In this document: positions 31,512 to 40,097 of the stretch, in pieces | How positions within the stretch are numbered: position 1 is the stretch's first letter | Layout: every line of letters begins with the position of its first letter | DNA from: Bacillota bacterium | GTDB taxonomy: Bacteria > Bacillota > Clostridia > Peptostreptococcales > Anaerovoracaceae | Assembly (NCBI GenBank): GCA_017472365.1 | Contig: JAFUQN010000158.1 | Span: 1,659 to 65,658 of the forward strand | Length of the DNA stretch: 64,000 nt | Reading direction: 5' to 3' | Program-made: the position numbers and the translations under genes | Notes under the pieces: generated by a model | The model's database searches: none | Told to the model about the DNA's origin: nothing | The model's input: the letters and a program-made list of their open reading frames with translations, nothing else

Positions 31512-33536
31512 ATGGGAATTATGACATATGTCGCACCTCTGGTGGGCATAATCGCGCTCGGTGTAGCTTACAGCCTGGCAGCTTGGATCTCTAAGGTTGA
31601 TGCTGGTACCGATCGCATGAAGGAAATCGCCGGCTACATTTCTGAAGGTGCTATGGCGTTCCTGATGAGAGAGTACAAGACAATGATTTTCGTAATCGCT
31701 GTTCTGTGCGGACTTCTGTGTGTTGGTATCGACCCCATCACCGGTATCCTGTTCGTTCTGGGAGCTCTGTTCTCCGTAATGGCAGGTTATTTCGGTATGA
31801 AGGTTGCTACCATGGGTAACGTAAGAACCGCAAATTCCGCTCGTGAAGGCGGAATGAATCTGGCGCTGAAGGTTGCGTTCCGTTCCGGCGCTGTTATGGG
31901 TCTGTGCGTTGTAGGTCTGGGTATTCTGGGCGTTGGCGGTATTTTTGCTATTCTGGGCGTTGAATCCGCAAAGTACATCACCGGTTTCGGTTTAGGTGCA
32001 TCCTCCATGGCTCTGTTCGGTCGTGTTGGCGGTGGTATCTATACCAAGGCTGCTGACGTAGGTGCTGACCTGGTAGGTAAGGTGGAAGCTGGTATCCCGG
32101 AAGACGACCCGAGAAACCCTGCAGTTATCGCGGATAACGTAGGCGACAACGTGGGCGACGTTGCCGGTATGGGTTCTGACCTGTTTGAATCTTATGTAGG
32201 TTCTATCATCTCCGCTATCACTCTGGCTGTATTTATTGAAGAAGTTACTCCCAAGTTCGGCGAAGTATTCTATCTGGATCCGGTTACCGGTTCTATCTTC
32301 CCGCTGATCCTGTCCGCGGTAGGTATCCTGGCTTCCATCGTAGGTATTATGTTTGTTAAGGGCGACGAAAAGTCCAACCCTGCGCAGGCTCTGAACATGG
32401 GTACATATCTGTCTGCTGCTCTGGTTGTTGTAGTTTCTCTGGTACTGTCCAAGATGTTCTTCGGCACCATGAACTGCGCAGCTGCAGTTATTTCCGGTCT
32501 GGCTGTTGGTACCGCCATCGGTAAGCTGACCGAAATGTACACCTCTGCTGACTATAAGCATGTAAAGGAAATTGCAGAACAGTCTCAGACTGGTGCTGCT
32601 ACCACCATTATTTCCGGTCTGTCCGTAGGTATGATGTCCACCGTATGGCCGATCCTGATCACCTGTGTAGGTATCCTGGTTGCTGACGCTGCTGCTGGCC
32701 TGTACGGTATCGCACTGGCTGCTGTAGGTATGCTGTCCACCGCTGGTATGACCATCGCTGTTGACGCTTACGGTCCGGTTTCCGACAACGCTGGCGGTAT
32801 CGCTGAAATGTCCGAACTGCCGCCCGAAGTCAGAGAAATCACTGATACTCTGGACTCCGTTGGTAACACCACCGCTGCGATCGGTAAGGGTTTCGCGATC
32901 GGTTCCGCTGCTCTGACTGCACTGGCTCTGTTCGCTTCCTATTCTCAGGCTGTGGAACTGGTTTCCATCGACCTGCTGGATCCGAAGGTAATCATCGGTC
33001 TGTTCATCGGTGCGATGCTGCCTTTCATGTTCTCTGCTATGACCATGAGCTCCGTATCCAGAGCTGCGAATCAGATGATCGAAGAAGTTCGTCGTCAGTT
33101 CAGAGAAGACAAGGGTATCATGGAAGGTACTTCCAAGCCCGACTATGCAAGATGCGTAGACATCTCCACCGCTGCTGCTCTGCGTGAAATGGTGGCTCCC
33201 GGCGTTCTGGCTGTAGCTTCTCCGCTGGCTGTAGGTATCCTGATGGGTCCCTCTTCCCTGGGCGGTATGCTGGCTGGTGCTCTGGCTTCCGGTGTTCTGC
33301 TGGCAATCATGATGTCCAACTCCGGCGGTGCATGGGATAATGCGAAGAAGTATGTTGAATCCGGTGTTCACGGCGGTAAGGGTTCCGAAACTCACGCTGC
33401 TGCTGTTATCGGCGATACCGTAGGTGACCCCTTCAAGGATACCTCCGGTCCGTCCATCAACATCCTGATCAAGCTGATGACCATCGTTGCTGTAGTATTC
33501 GCTCCTCTGTTCGTACAGATCGGCGGTATTTTCTAA
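31512..33536 (+). CDS. hppA: Membrane-bound cation-translocating pyrophosphatase (K+-dependent type by signature)
   Basis: 674 aa. [58 protein letters not shown] motifs. Confidence 0.95.
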   Translation: MGIMTYVAPLVGIIALGVAYSLAAWISKVDAGTDRMKEIAGYISEGAMAFLMREYKTMIFVIAVLCGLLCVGIDPITGILFVLGALFSVMAGYFGMKVATMGNVRTANSAREGGMNLALKVAFRSGAVMGLCVVGLGILGVGGIFAILGVESAKYITGFGLGASSMALFGRVGGGIYTKAADVGADLVGKVEAGIPEDDPRNPAVIADNVGDNVGDVAGMGSDLFESYVGSIISAITLAVFIEEVTPKFGEVFYLDPVTGSIFPLILSAVGILASIVGIMFVKGDEKSNPAQALNMGTYLSAALVVVVSLVLSKMFFGTMNCAAAVISGLAVGTAIGKLTEMYTSADYKHVKEIAEQSQTGAATTIISGLSVGMMSTVWPILITCVGILVADAAAGLYGIALAAVGMLSTAGMTIAVDAYGPVSDNAGGIAEMSELPPEVREITDTLDSVGNTTAAIGKGFAIGSAALTALALFASYSQAVELVSIDLLDPKVIIGLFIGAMLPFMFSAMTMSSVSRAANQMIEEVRRQFREDKGIMEGTSKPDYARCVDISTAAALREMVAPGVLAVASPLAVGILMGPSSLGGMLAGALASGVLLAIMMSNSGGAWDNAKKYVESGVHGGKGSETHAAAVIGDTVGDPFKDTSGPSINILIKLMTIVAVVFAPLFVQIGGIF

Positions 33537-33582
33537 CGAAAGTTGACGAAATCGAAGTTAACAAAATATGATCGACTCAATG

Positions 33583-33627
33583 AGCACCATGTTTCAACGT
33601 TGAAACATGGTGCTTCTTTTGTTTTTT
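33583..33627 (+). terminator. Rho-independent terminator of hppA
   Basis: Perfect palindrome agcaccatgtttcaa-cg-ttgaaacatggtgct followed by tcttttgtttttt. Confidence 0.9.
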
Positions 33628-33694
33628 GACCTCTGTTTTTTTGTTAGTATATACGGTATAATTATTGCAACGATCCTAAAGCGGAGGGTGAAAG

Positions 33695-34855
33695 ATGGAA
33701 CGAATTACTACGTTGGAAACGGAATATAAGCTGCTAAGCGGCCGTGACGGATACTTCCGCATCGAGTGCGAGGTCAGCGGATACTACCATACAAAGGACA
33801 AGTATGGAGTAGGTGTCCTGCGATATGACGGTTGCGTCGTAGTAAGTCCCATATGGGCCGATGTCCTGCTGACACCGGATGATGGACCGGTGGAACAGTT
33901 TATTCTCAAAGACTATAAGTGGGGATGGGGTACACCACAATATGTATTTCAACTGGAGTCCCTGCAGAGGGAACGGCTTCATCAGGATTGTCAGGGTACC
34001 TGCATCGGTGTTCGGGAAGGAATTGCCGTTTTCAAGAACGGGACGAACAGCATATATTGCCTGAGCGGAAGTGAGCGATTTCCGAAAAAATTTTATAAAT
34101 CTGGACCTATGGGAACGGACAACTATGACTATCAGGCATTGTTTCACAACGGTAATCTGCGGGTACTGGATCAAAAAGGACGCGCTTACTTTGTGAACCG
34201 GGAGAACGATGAAATCTCCAAACACTTTTTAGAAGCCCGTGATTTCCACGAGGGAGTGGCGGTTGTAGGCATCGGATGGATTTGGCCACCGCGGCTTTAC
34301 GGCACCATCAACACAGACGGGAAATACATCTTGTGGCCCAGCTACGAGGAGATAAAGGACTACAAGAACTATTACGCCCGTGTGCGTAAAAAAGATAAAT
34401 ACGGTTATATTGACCGCAATGGAAATCTGCGGATCCAAACTGTCTGGGACATTGCAGAGGACTTCGATAAAGAGGGGCTCGCATTTGTGCGAAATACCAA
34501 TCCTGTTGTCGCCAGTATGATCGATCGAAGCGGACAGCAAGTGGTACAGCTGCCTCTGAATTGTACGCTGGCCCGCTGCTATTCCGAGGATATGCTGCCT
34601 GTCTGTATCTCCAACGGTCGGTGGGGCTTTGTAAATCGGGATGGCCGCTGGGTAATCGAACCGCAATATCTGGATGTGGGCGATTTTTGCAACGGTGTAG
34701 TTCCTGTCCAAAAGGATATAGAGATCTGGGCTTTCATCGACCGCGACGGGAATGAGGTGCTGACTGTGGACGGAAGGCTGACTATTACGGAAAAGGGTCT
34801 TGCCTACAGTGATCACATAATTTACAATTACGGTTATGCGCCCAGTCACAAATAG
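33695..34855 (+). CDS. WG-repeat (KWG) protein, function unknown
   Basis: 386 aa with repeated units of the type KYGYIDRNGNLRIQTVWD / GRWGFVNRDGRWVIEPQY. No obvious signal peptide. GGAGGGTGA RBS. Confidence 0.75.
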   Translation: MERITTLETEYKLLSGRDGYFRIECEVSGYYHTKDKYGVGVLRYDGCVVVSPIWADVLLTPDDGPVEQFILKDYKWGWGTPQYVFQLESLQRERLHQDCQGTCIGVREGIAVFKNGTNSIYCLSGSERFPKKFYKSGPMGTDNYDYQALFHNGNLRVLDQKGRAYFVNRENDEISKHFLEARDFHEGVAVVGIGWIWPPRLYGTINTDGKYILWPSYEEIKDYKNYYARVRKKDKYGYIDRNGNLRIQTVWDIAEDFDKEGLAFVRNTNPVVASMIDRSGQQVVQLPLNCTLARCYSEDMLPVCISNGRWGFVNRDGRWVIEPQYLDVGDFCNGVVPVQKDIEIWAFIDRDGNEVLTVDGRLTITEKGLAYSDHIIYNYGYAPSHK

Positions 34856-34985
34856 TCGTGTCCGTGATCTGATTCAATCCATTAGATTTTGAAAAGCTGG
34901 CCATTATTTGTTTTGATGCATGAAATAAAAACGAAATAATATAGTGAAAAACAACAAAAAATTTCAAACTATTTTTAAAAACCCC

Positions 34986-35014
34986 TTGAAAACGGAAAAT
35001 GGCTGTAGTATTAT
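34986..35014 (+). promoter_or_regulatory. Orphan near-consensus sigma-70 promoter in the WG-repeat / liv spacer
   Basis: TTGAAA (34986-34991), a 17-nt spacer, then TATTAT (35009-35014). No annotated gene starts within 400 nt. Confidence 0.6.
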
Positions 35015-35020
35015 ATGCGT

Positions 35021-35133
35021 GTCGAGAGACATATGAAGAAGGTATCAACAAATAATCTTCCTCAAATATTTGTTAGATAATACACAACAACACAACCAGG
35101 TAAAAAAGAGCGAAAGCTCTTTTTTACTTTTTT
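35021..35133 (+). ncRNA. Candidate small RNA or leader of about 110 nt (promoter to terminator), unknown class
   Basis: Bounded by the promoter at 34986-35014 and the terminator at 35102-35133. Contains two overlapping helices (35035-41/35057-63 and 35047-54/35067-74) and a 15-codon mini-ORF (35033-35080) with a weak RBS. Confidence 0.35.
35102..35133 (+). terminator. Rho-independent terminator ending the orphan transcript
   Basis: aaaagagc-gaaa-gctctttt followed by ttt-ac-tttttt. Confidence 0.75.
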
Positions 35134-35134
35134 G

Positions 35135-35190
35135 CGCTCCTAACACGCCGATTAACGAGCGAAGCGAAGTTAGAGCGGCGGTTTGCCGGG
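35135..35190 (+). repeat. GC-rich hairpin element inside an AT-rich spacer, sharing words (GCGAAGC, GCGGCGGTT(T)GCC) with other intergenic sites
   Basis: gcgctcctaac (35134-44) pairs with gttagagcg (35169-77). It is followed by gcggtttgcc, similar to gcggcggttgcc at 43655-43666. Confidence 0.3.
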
Positions 35191-35323
35191 TGAAATATGG
35201 TTGTAAAACACAAAAAAATAACCGAAAAATACGGGGGAGCTCACATATAGTAAGAATTATCAAACAACTCGCGAAAAACGGTCGAAATTGTGATAAAAAT
35301 ACAAAATTAATTTCATATTTGTG

Positions 35324-35352
35324 TTGACACAACATAATAATTGAGATAAAAT
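35324..35352 (+). promoter_or_regulatory. Promoter of the liv-type ABC operon
   Basis: TTGACA (35324-35329), a 17-nt spacer, then TAAAAT (35347-35352), 65 nt upstream of the start codon. Confidence 0.65.
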
Positions 35353-35416
35353 AAGACCATGTTTTAACGAGAGTAAAACAAGCTTTAATCAACTATTTAT
35401 AAGGTGGTGTAACAAA

Positions 35417-36580
35417 ATGAAAAAATGGTTAGTAGTATTATTAGCTCTGACAATGGTAATGAGTATGGCTCTGACAGGCTGCGGCGGCGGTGATGCTGAA
35501 GGCGGCGCTGAAGGAGATACAATTAAGATCGGCGTTAACTACGAACTGAGCGGTGCCGTAGCTACTTACGGACAGTCCAGCGTAGATGGTGTCACCCTGG
35601 CTATCGAAGAAATCAACGCTGCTGGCGGTATCTTAGGTAAGCAGGTTGAAATGGTAACCATCGACAACAAGTCCGATGCTGCAGAAGTTGTTTCCGTAGC
35701 TACCAGACTGATGACCGAAGAAGGCGTTTGTGCCGTAATCGGACCCGCTACTTCCGGTAACTTCAAGGCTGAACTGCCCATCGCACTGGAAAATGGTATC
35801 CCCGTAATCTCCGGTTCTGCTACCGCTAATGACGTAACTTCCGGAAATACCAAGGAATACGCTTTCCGTATCTGCTTCTCCGATAACTTCCAGGGTGTTG
35901 CAATGGCTAACTACGCTTCCAAGAATCTGGGCGCTGCTAAGGTAGCTATCGTTCAGGACAAGTCCTCTGACTATGCTGAAGGTTTGGCTACTAGCTTCAG
36001 TGCTACTTTCGAAGAACTGGGCGGAGAAATCGTTGCTAGAGAAGCTTACACAACTGGCGACACCGACTTCAATGCAATTCTGACCAGCCTGGCTGGTAAG
36101 GAATTTGACGCTATCTGGCTGCCTGGCTACTACCAGGAAGTTGGTCTGATCATCAAGCAGGCTAGAGCTCTGGGTATTGAATGCCCGATCCTGGGTGCTG
36201 ACGGATTTGACTCTCCGGTTCTGGCTGAACTGGCTGGCGCAGATGCTCTGCATGACGTTTACTATTCCAACCACTACTCTTCTCTGAACGAAGACGAAAC
36301 CGTTACCGCTTTCATCGAAGCTTACAAGGCTAAGCACGGCGTAGAACCCGATGCATTCAACGCTCTGGGTTATGACGCAGCGAAGCTGATCTGCGATGCG
36401 ATCGAAAGAGCTGGCGCTGCTGATCCTGAAGCTATCAAGGACGCTCTGGCTGCTACTTCCGAATTCAAGGCTGTAACCGGTACCCTGTCCATCGATGAAA
36501 ACCACGACGCTCAGAAGGCTCTGGTTGTAATCAAGATCGACAATGGTGTGGCTGTATCTGCTGAAAACGCAGCTCTGTAA
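35417..36580 (+). CDS. Branched-chain amino-acid ABC transporter substrate-binding lipoprotein (LivJ/LivK-like, Peripla_BP_6)
   Basis: Signal peptide with lipobox LTGC. IKIGVNYELSGAVATYG is typical of the Leu/Ile/Val-binding family. Followed by LivHMGF-type genes. Confidence 0.88.
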   Translation: MKKWLVVLLALTMVMSMALTGCGGGDAEGGAEGDTIKIGVNYELSGAVATYGQSSVDGVTLAIEEINAAGGILGKQVEMVTIDNKSDAAEVVSVATRLMTEEGVCAVIGPATSGNFKAELPIALENGIPVISGSATANDVTSGNTKEYAFRICFSDNFQGVAMANYASKNLGAAKVAIVQDKSSDYAEGLATSFSATFEELGGEIVAREAYTTGDTDFNAILTSLAGKEFDAIWLPGYYQEVGLIIKQARALGIECPILGADGFDSPVLAELAGADALHDVYYSNHYSSLNEDETVTAFIEAYKAKHGVEPDAFNALGYDAAKLICDAIERAGAADPEAIKDALAATSEFKAVTGTLSIDENHDAQKALVVIKIDNGVAVSAENAAL

Positions 36581-36623
36581 TAACACAGAATTTATCAGTT
36601 AAAGCTAAAATAAAACTCTCACT

Positions 36624-36661
36624 GTAATTAAGTTAGGGCATACCTGCTCTAACTTAATTAC
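36624..36661 (+). promoter_or_regulatory. Intercistronic perfect 13-bp stem-loop between the SBP gene and livH
   Basis: gtaattaagttag - 12-nt loop - ctaacttaattac; only a short T run follows. Confidence 0.5.
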
Positions 36662-36674
36662 TATTTAAGAAGAA

Positions 36675-37568
36675 ATGGAGGTGGATGCCTTGAGTCAATT
36701 CTTACAGCAGATTGTCAACGGACTGTCCCTGGGCAGTATCTATGCCCTGCTGGCATTAGGATATACGATGGTATACGGCATCATCAAACTGATCAACTTC
36801 GCACATGCTGATATTTATATGCTGGGCGCATATATCGGATTCGCCTGCATCACAATGTTTGGCCTGGGATTCTTCCCTGCGATGATCATTTCCATGGTAT
36901 TATGTGCAATCATCGGGATCGTTATGGAACGCATCGCTTATAAGCCGCTGCGAAATTCTCCGCGTATTACACTGCTGATCACGGCGATCGGTGTATCCTT
37001 CTTTATGGAATATATCATGGTATACTTTGTGGGCGCTAACGTAAGAGCGTTCCCGGACGTAATTCCTAAGACACAGTATCACTTAGGTTCTGTTGTGATC
37101 AACTTACAGCAGATCGTAATTCTGTTTACAACGATCGCGCTGATGCTGCTTCTGCAGTTCATCGTACATAAGACCAAGATCGGTAAGGCAATGAGAGCTG
37201 TTTCTGCTGACAGAGACGCTGCCGAACTGATGGGGATCAATGTAAACCGTACGATCTCCACTACTTTCGCGATCGGTTCTGCGTTAGCAGGTGCCGGCGG
37301 CGTTATGGTAGGTATGTTCTATAATTCCATCAATCCGCTGATGGGTATGATGCCCGGTCTGAAGTGCTTCGTTGCCGCTGTATTCGGCGGTATCGGCGTC
37401 ATCCCCGGTGCTATGATCGGTGGATTCGGCATCGGTTTCATCGAAACCATGGTTTCCGGTTACGGAAGTTCCATGTATAAAGATGCTGTAGTATTTGCAA
37501 TTCTGATTTTAGTTCTGATCTTCAAGCCGGCCGGCCTGTTGGGAAAGAACACCAGAGAGAAGGTGTAA
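36675..37568 (+). CDS. livH: Branched-chain amino-acid ABC transporter permease (LivH-like)
   Basis: FLQQIVNGLSLGSIYALLALGYTMVYG is the typical LivH N-terminus. An alternative TTG start at 36690 lies 6 nt after GGAGGTGG and may be the true start. Confidence 0.9.
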   Translation: MEVDALSQFLQQIVNGLSLGSIYALLALGYTMVYGIIKLINFAHADIYMLGAYIGFACITMFGLGFFPAMIISMVLCAIIGIVMERIAYKPLRNSPRITLLITAIGVSFFMEYIMVYFVGANVRAFPDVIPKTQYHLGSVVINLQQIVILFTTIALMLLLQFIVHKTKIGKAMRAVSADRDAAELMGINVNRTISTTFAIGSALAGAGGVMVGMFYNSINPLMGMMPGLKCFVAAVFGGIGVIPGAMIGGFGIGFIETMVSGYGSSMYKDAVVFAILILVLIFKPAGLLGKNTREKV

Positions 37569-37571
37569 CCC

Positions 37572-38540
37572 ATGGATGTTAGACAGTCGAGAAAAAAGAA
37601 TACTGTAATCACCCTGGTTCTGGCTCTGGGTTCCTTTGCCATCGTTCAGGGTCTGATCATGGCTGGAATGATCCGTTCCTATCAGATGGTTACCGTTGCT
37701 ACAATTTGTATCAACATCATCCTGGCGGCAGGTCTGAACCTGGTGACCGGCTTTACCGGTCAGTTCTCTTTAGGACATGCCGGATTTATGGCGATCGGTG
37801 CTTACGTCTGTGCAATCCTCACTCTGCGTGACGGAAGCATGGGCAGTTTCTTCATCGGAACCATCCTCGGTGCAGTTATGGCTGCACTGTGCGGCGTTCT
37901 GATCGGTATCCCTACACTGCGCCTGAAGGGTGACTACCTGGCAATCGCTACGCTGGGCTTTGCGGAAATCATCCGTATTTTCGCTCAGAACCTGGTGATC
38001 ACCGGTGGTGCTGCCGGTCTCAGCGGTATCCCCAAGTTCACCAACTGGCCGATGCTGTGGGCGTTCACTGTAGTGACACTGATCCTGATCATCGCCTTTA
38101 TCAAGAGCTCCCACGGAAGAGCCTGCATCGCGATCCGTGAAGACGAAATCGCTGCAGAGTCCATGGGAATCAATACCACAAAGTATAAGGTAATGGCATT
38201 TGCTATCGGCGCGTTCTTCGCAGGCGTCGGCGGTGCGTTATATGCTTCCACGTTCTATATCCTGAAACCCACCACCTTTGGTTTTATGAAGTCCATCGAC
38301 ATCCTGATGGTTGTTGTACTGGGCGGTATGGGAAGCATGACCGGTACCGTGATCGCTGCAGCCGTTCTGGCAATCATCACAATGCTGTTACAGTCCTTCT
38401 CTGAACTGCGTATGGTTCTGTATGCAATCATGCTGGTAGCCATTATGCTGTTCCGTCCGCAGGGCCTGATGGGCGACCGTGAACTGTCTGTTCCCGGATT
38501 CATCAAGAAGCGCCAGAAGAAGGCGCCGAAAGCAGAGTAG
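37572..38540 (+). CDS. livM: Branched-chain amino-acid ABC transporter permease (LivM-like)
   Basis: 322 aa. LNLVTGFTGQFSLGHAGFMAIGAY and LRLKGDYLAIATLGFAEIIR motifs. Confidence 0.9.
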   Translation: MDVRQSRKKNTVITLVLALGSFAIVQGLIMAGMIRSYQMVTVATICINIILAAGLNLVTGFTGQFSLGHAGFMAIGAYVCAILTLRDGSMGSFFIGTILGAVMAALCGVLIGIPTLRLKGDYLAIATLGFAEIIRIFAQNLVITGGAAGLSGIPKFTNWPMLWAFTVVTLILIIAFIKSSHGRACIAIREDEIAAESMGINTTKYKVMAFAIGAFFAGVGGALYASTFYILKPTTFGFMKSIDILMVVVLGGMGSMTGTVIAAAVLAIITMLLQSFSELRMVLYAIMLVAIMLFRPQGLMGDRELSVPGFIKKRQKKAPKAE

Positions 38541-38552
38541 GAGGTACGAAGG

Positions 38553-39329
38553 ATGGCATTATTAACAGTAAAAAATCTGACAAAATCCTTCGGCGGTCTG
38601 ACTGCAGTTTCTGATGTAAACATGCAGATCGAAGAAGGCGAACTGGTCGGTCTGATCGGTCCTAACGGTGCCGGTAAGACTACTCTGTTCAACCTGCTGA
38701 CCGGCGTATATGAACCTACCACGGGGAAAGTCATTCTGAACACCCACGGTAAGGAAAGAGAAATCCAGGGTAAGAAGCCCTACAATATCTGCGGCGAAGG
38801 GATTGCCCGTACCTTCCAAAACATTCGTCTGTTCAAGGAACTGTCGGTACTGGACAATGTACGTATCGCCATGCACCAGCGCGTTGGTTACAACATGATG
38901 GATGCCTTCCTCCACACACCGAAGTATGTGAAGGAAGAAGAACGCATGATCAAAGAAGCGGAAGAACTGCTGGATATCTTCCACCTGTCTCATAAGAAGT
39001 TTGAAAAGGCGAAGAATCTGCCTTATGGTGAACAGAGACATCTGGAAATCGTCCGTGCAATGGCGACCAAGCCTGATCTGCTTCTGCTGGATGAGCCCGC
39101 CGCTGGTATGAACCCCAACGAAACCGCTGCTCTGACTGAAACCATCGCTCAGCTGCGCCGCGATTTCGGCCTGACCATTCTTCTGATCGAACACGACATG
39201 TCTCTGGTCATGAAGATCTGCGAACGCATCTACGTACTGAACTACGGTCAGATGCTGGCCAAGGGTACTCCGGACGAGATCCGAAACAATAAACAGGTTA
39301 TTGAAGCGTACCTGGGAGAGGAGAGATAA
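38553..39329 (+). CDS. livG: Branched-chain amino-acid ABC transporter ATP-binding protein (LivG-like)
   Basis: Walker A GPNGAGKTT, signature YGEQRHLEIVRA, Walker B LLLLDEPAAGM, and the LivG-type C-terminal extension. Confidence 0.92.
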   Translation: MALLTVKNLTKSFGGLTAVSDVNMQIEEGELVGLIGPNGAGKTTLFNLLTGVYEPTTGKVILNTHGKEREIQGKKPYNICGEGIARTFQNIRLFKELSVLDNVRIAMHQRVGYNMMDAFLHTPKYVKEEERMIKEAEELLDIFHLSHKKFEKAKNLPYGEQRHLEIVRAMATKPDLLLLDEPAAGMNPNETAALTETIAQLRRDFGLTILLIEHDMSLVMKICERIYVLNYGQMLAKGTPDEIRNNKQVIEAYLGEER

Positions 39330-39332
39330 GCC

Positions 39333-40037
39333 ATGCTTGAGATTAAAAATTTAAACTTACATTATGGCGTTATCCACGCTCTGAAGGATATTTCTTTGAC
39401 CGTAAACGACGGTGAAATCGTTACCCTGATTGGTGCCAACGGTGCTGGTAAGACTTCTACCCTGAGAGCGATCTCCGGCCTGGAAAAGATCACCAACGGT
39501 GAGATTCTGCTGGATGGTAAGTCCATGGTAGGTGTTCCGGCTCCTAAGAGAGTATCCATGGGGATTTCTCAGGTTCCGGAAGGCCGTCGAATCTTCCCGG
39601 ATATGTCCGTTCTGGAAAACCTGGAAATGGGCGCTTATCTGAGAAACGACAAGAGTGAAATCAAAAAGGATATGGAAATGGTCTACAGCCACTTCCCGAT
39701 CCTGGGAATCAGAAATAAGCAGCTGGCTGGTACCTTATCCGGCGGAGAACAGCAGATGCTGGCCATGGGCCGCGCGCTGATGTCCCGTCCGAAGATCCTG
39801 CTGCTGGACGAACCTTCCATGGGTCTGGCTCCCATCCTGGTTCAGGAAATCTTCAATATCATCAAGCTGATCAACGCTACCGGTACCACCGTACTGCTGG
39901 TTGAACAGAACGCTAACATGGCTCTGTCCATCGCAGATCGTGGTTATGTAATCGAAACCGGTTCCATCGTACTGTCCGGTACAGGTAAGGAACTGGCTTC
40001 CAGTGAAGCTGTACGTAAAGCTTACTTGGGCGGTTGA
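39333..40037 (+). CDS. livF: Branched-chain amino-acid ABC transporter ATP-binding protein (LivF-like)
   Basis: Walker A GANGAGKTS, signature LSGGEQQMLAMGRAL, Walker B ILLLDEPSMGLAP. Confidence 0.92.
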   Translation: MLEIKNLNLHYGVIHALKDISLTVNDGEIVTLIGANGAGKTSTLRAISGLEKITNGEILLDGKSMVGVPAPKRVSMGISQVPEGRRIFPDMSVLENLEMGAYLRNDKSEIKKDMEMVYSHFPILGIRNKQLAGTLSGGEQQMLAMGRALMSRPKILLLDEPSMGLAPILVQEIFNIIKLINATGTTVLLVEQNANMALSIADRGYVIETGSIVLSGTGKELASSEAVRKAYLGG

Positions 40038-40048
40038 TATAAGAATCG

Positions 40049-40077
40049 AAACCCCGCGGTCAACGCGGGGTTTTCTG
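40049..40077 (+). terminator. Rho-independent terminator of the liv operon
   Basis: aaaccccgcg-gtcaa-cgcggggttt followed by tctgtatt. Confidence 0.85.
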
Positions 40078-40097
40078 TATTATAAAGGGGAGTAAGT

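Noticed and set aside
31992-33395. 467-aa ORF antisense to hppA
   Set aside because: Shadow ORF. The plus-strand pyrophosphatase carries every family motif. The antisense product is Ser/Thr/Gly/His-rich with no recognisable domain.
34959-34973. CodY-box-like sequences (aaatttcaaactatt here; ctgaaaattt near 43564-43573)
   Set aside because: They match only about 10-11 of 15 positions of AATTTTCWGAAAATT in very AT-rich DNA, which is expected by chance. They are not positioned over the liv promoter.
35033-35080. Leader-peptide attenuation of the liv operon by the 15-codon mini-ORF
   Set aside because: The peptide (MKKVSTNNLPQIFVR) is not enriched in Leu/Ile/Val codons. The RBS is weak, and the liv operon has its own promoter 240 nt downstream of the terminator. 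The mini-ORF is mentioned only as part of the orphan RNA finding.
35045-35392. 115-aa (minus) and 85-aa (plus, 35070..35327) ORFs in the WG-repeat / liv spacer
   Set aside because: Neither has a plausible RBS. Both cross a promoter, a terminator and A/T runs, and their composition is unlike the neighbouring genes. The region is better explained as regulatory or non-coding.
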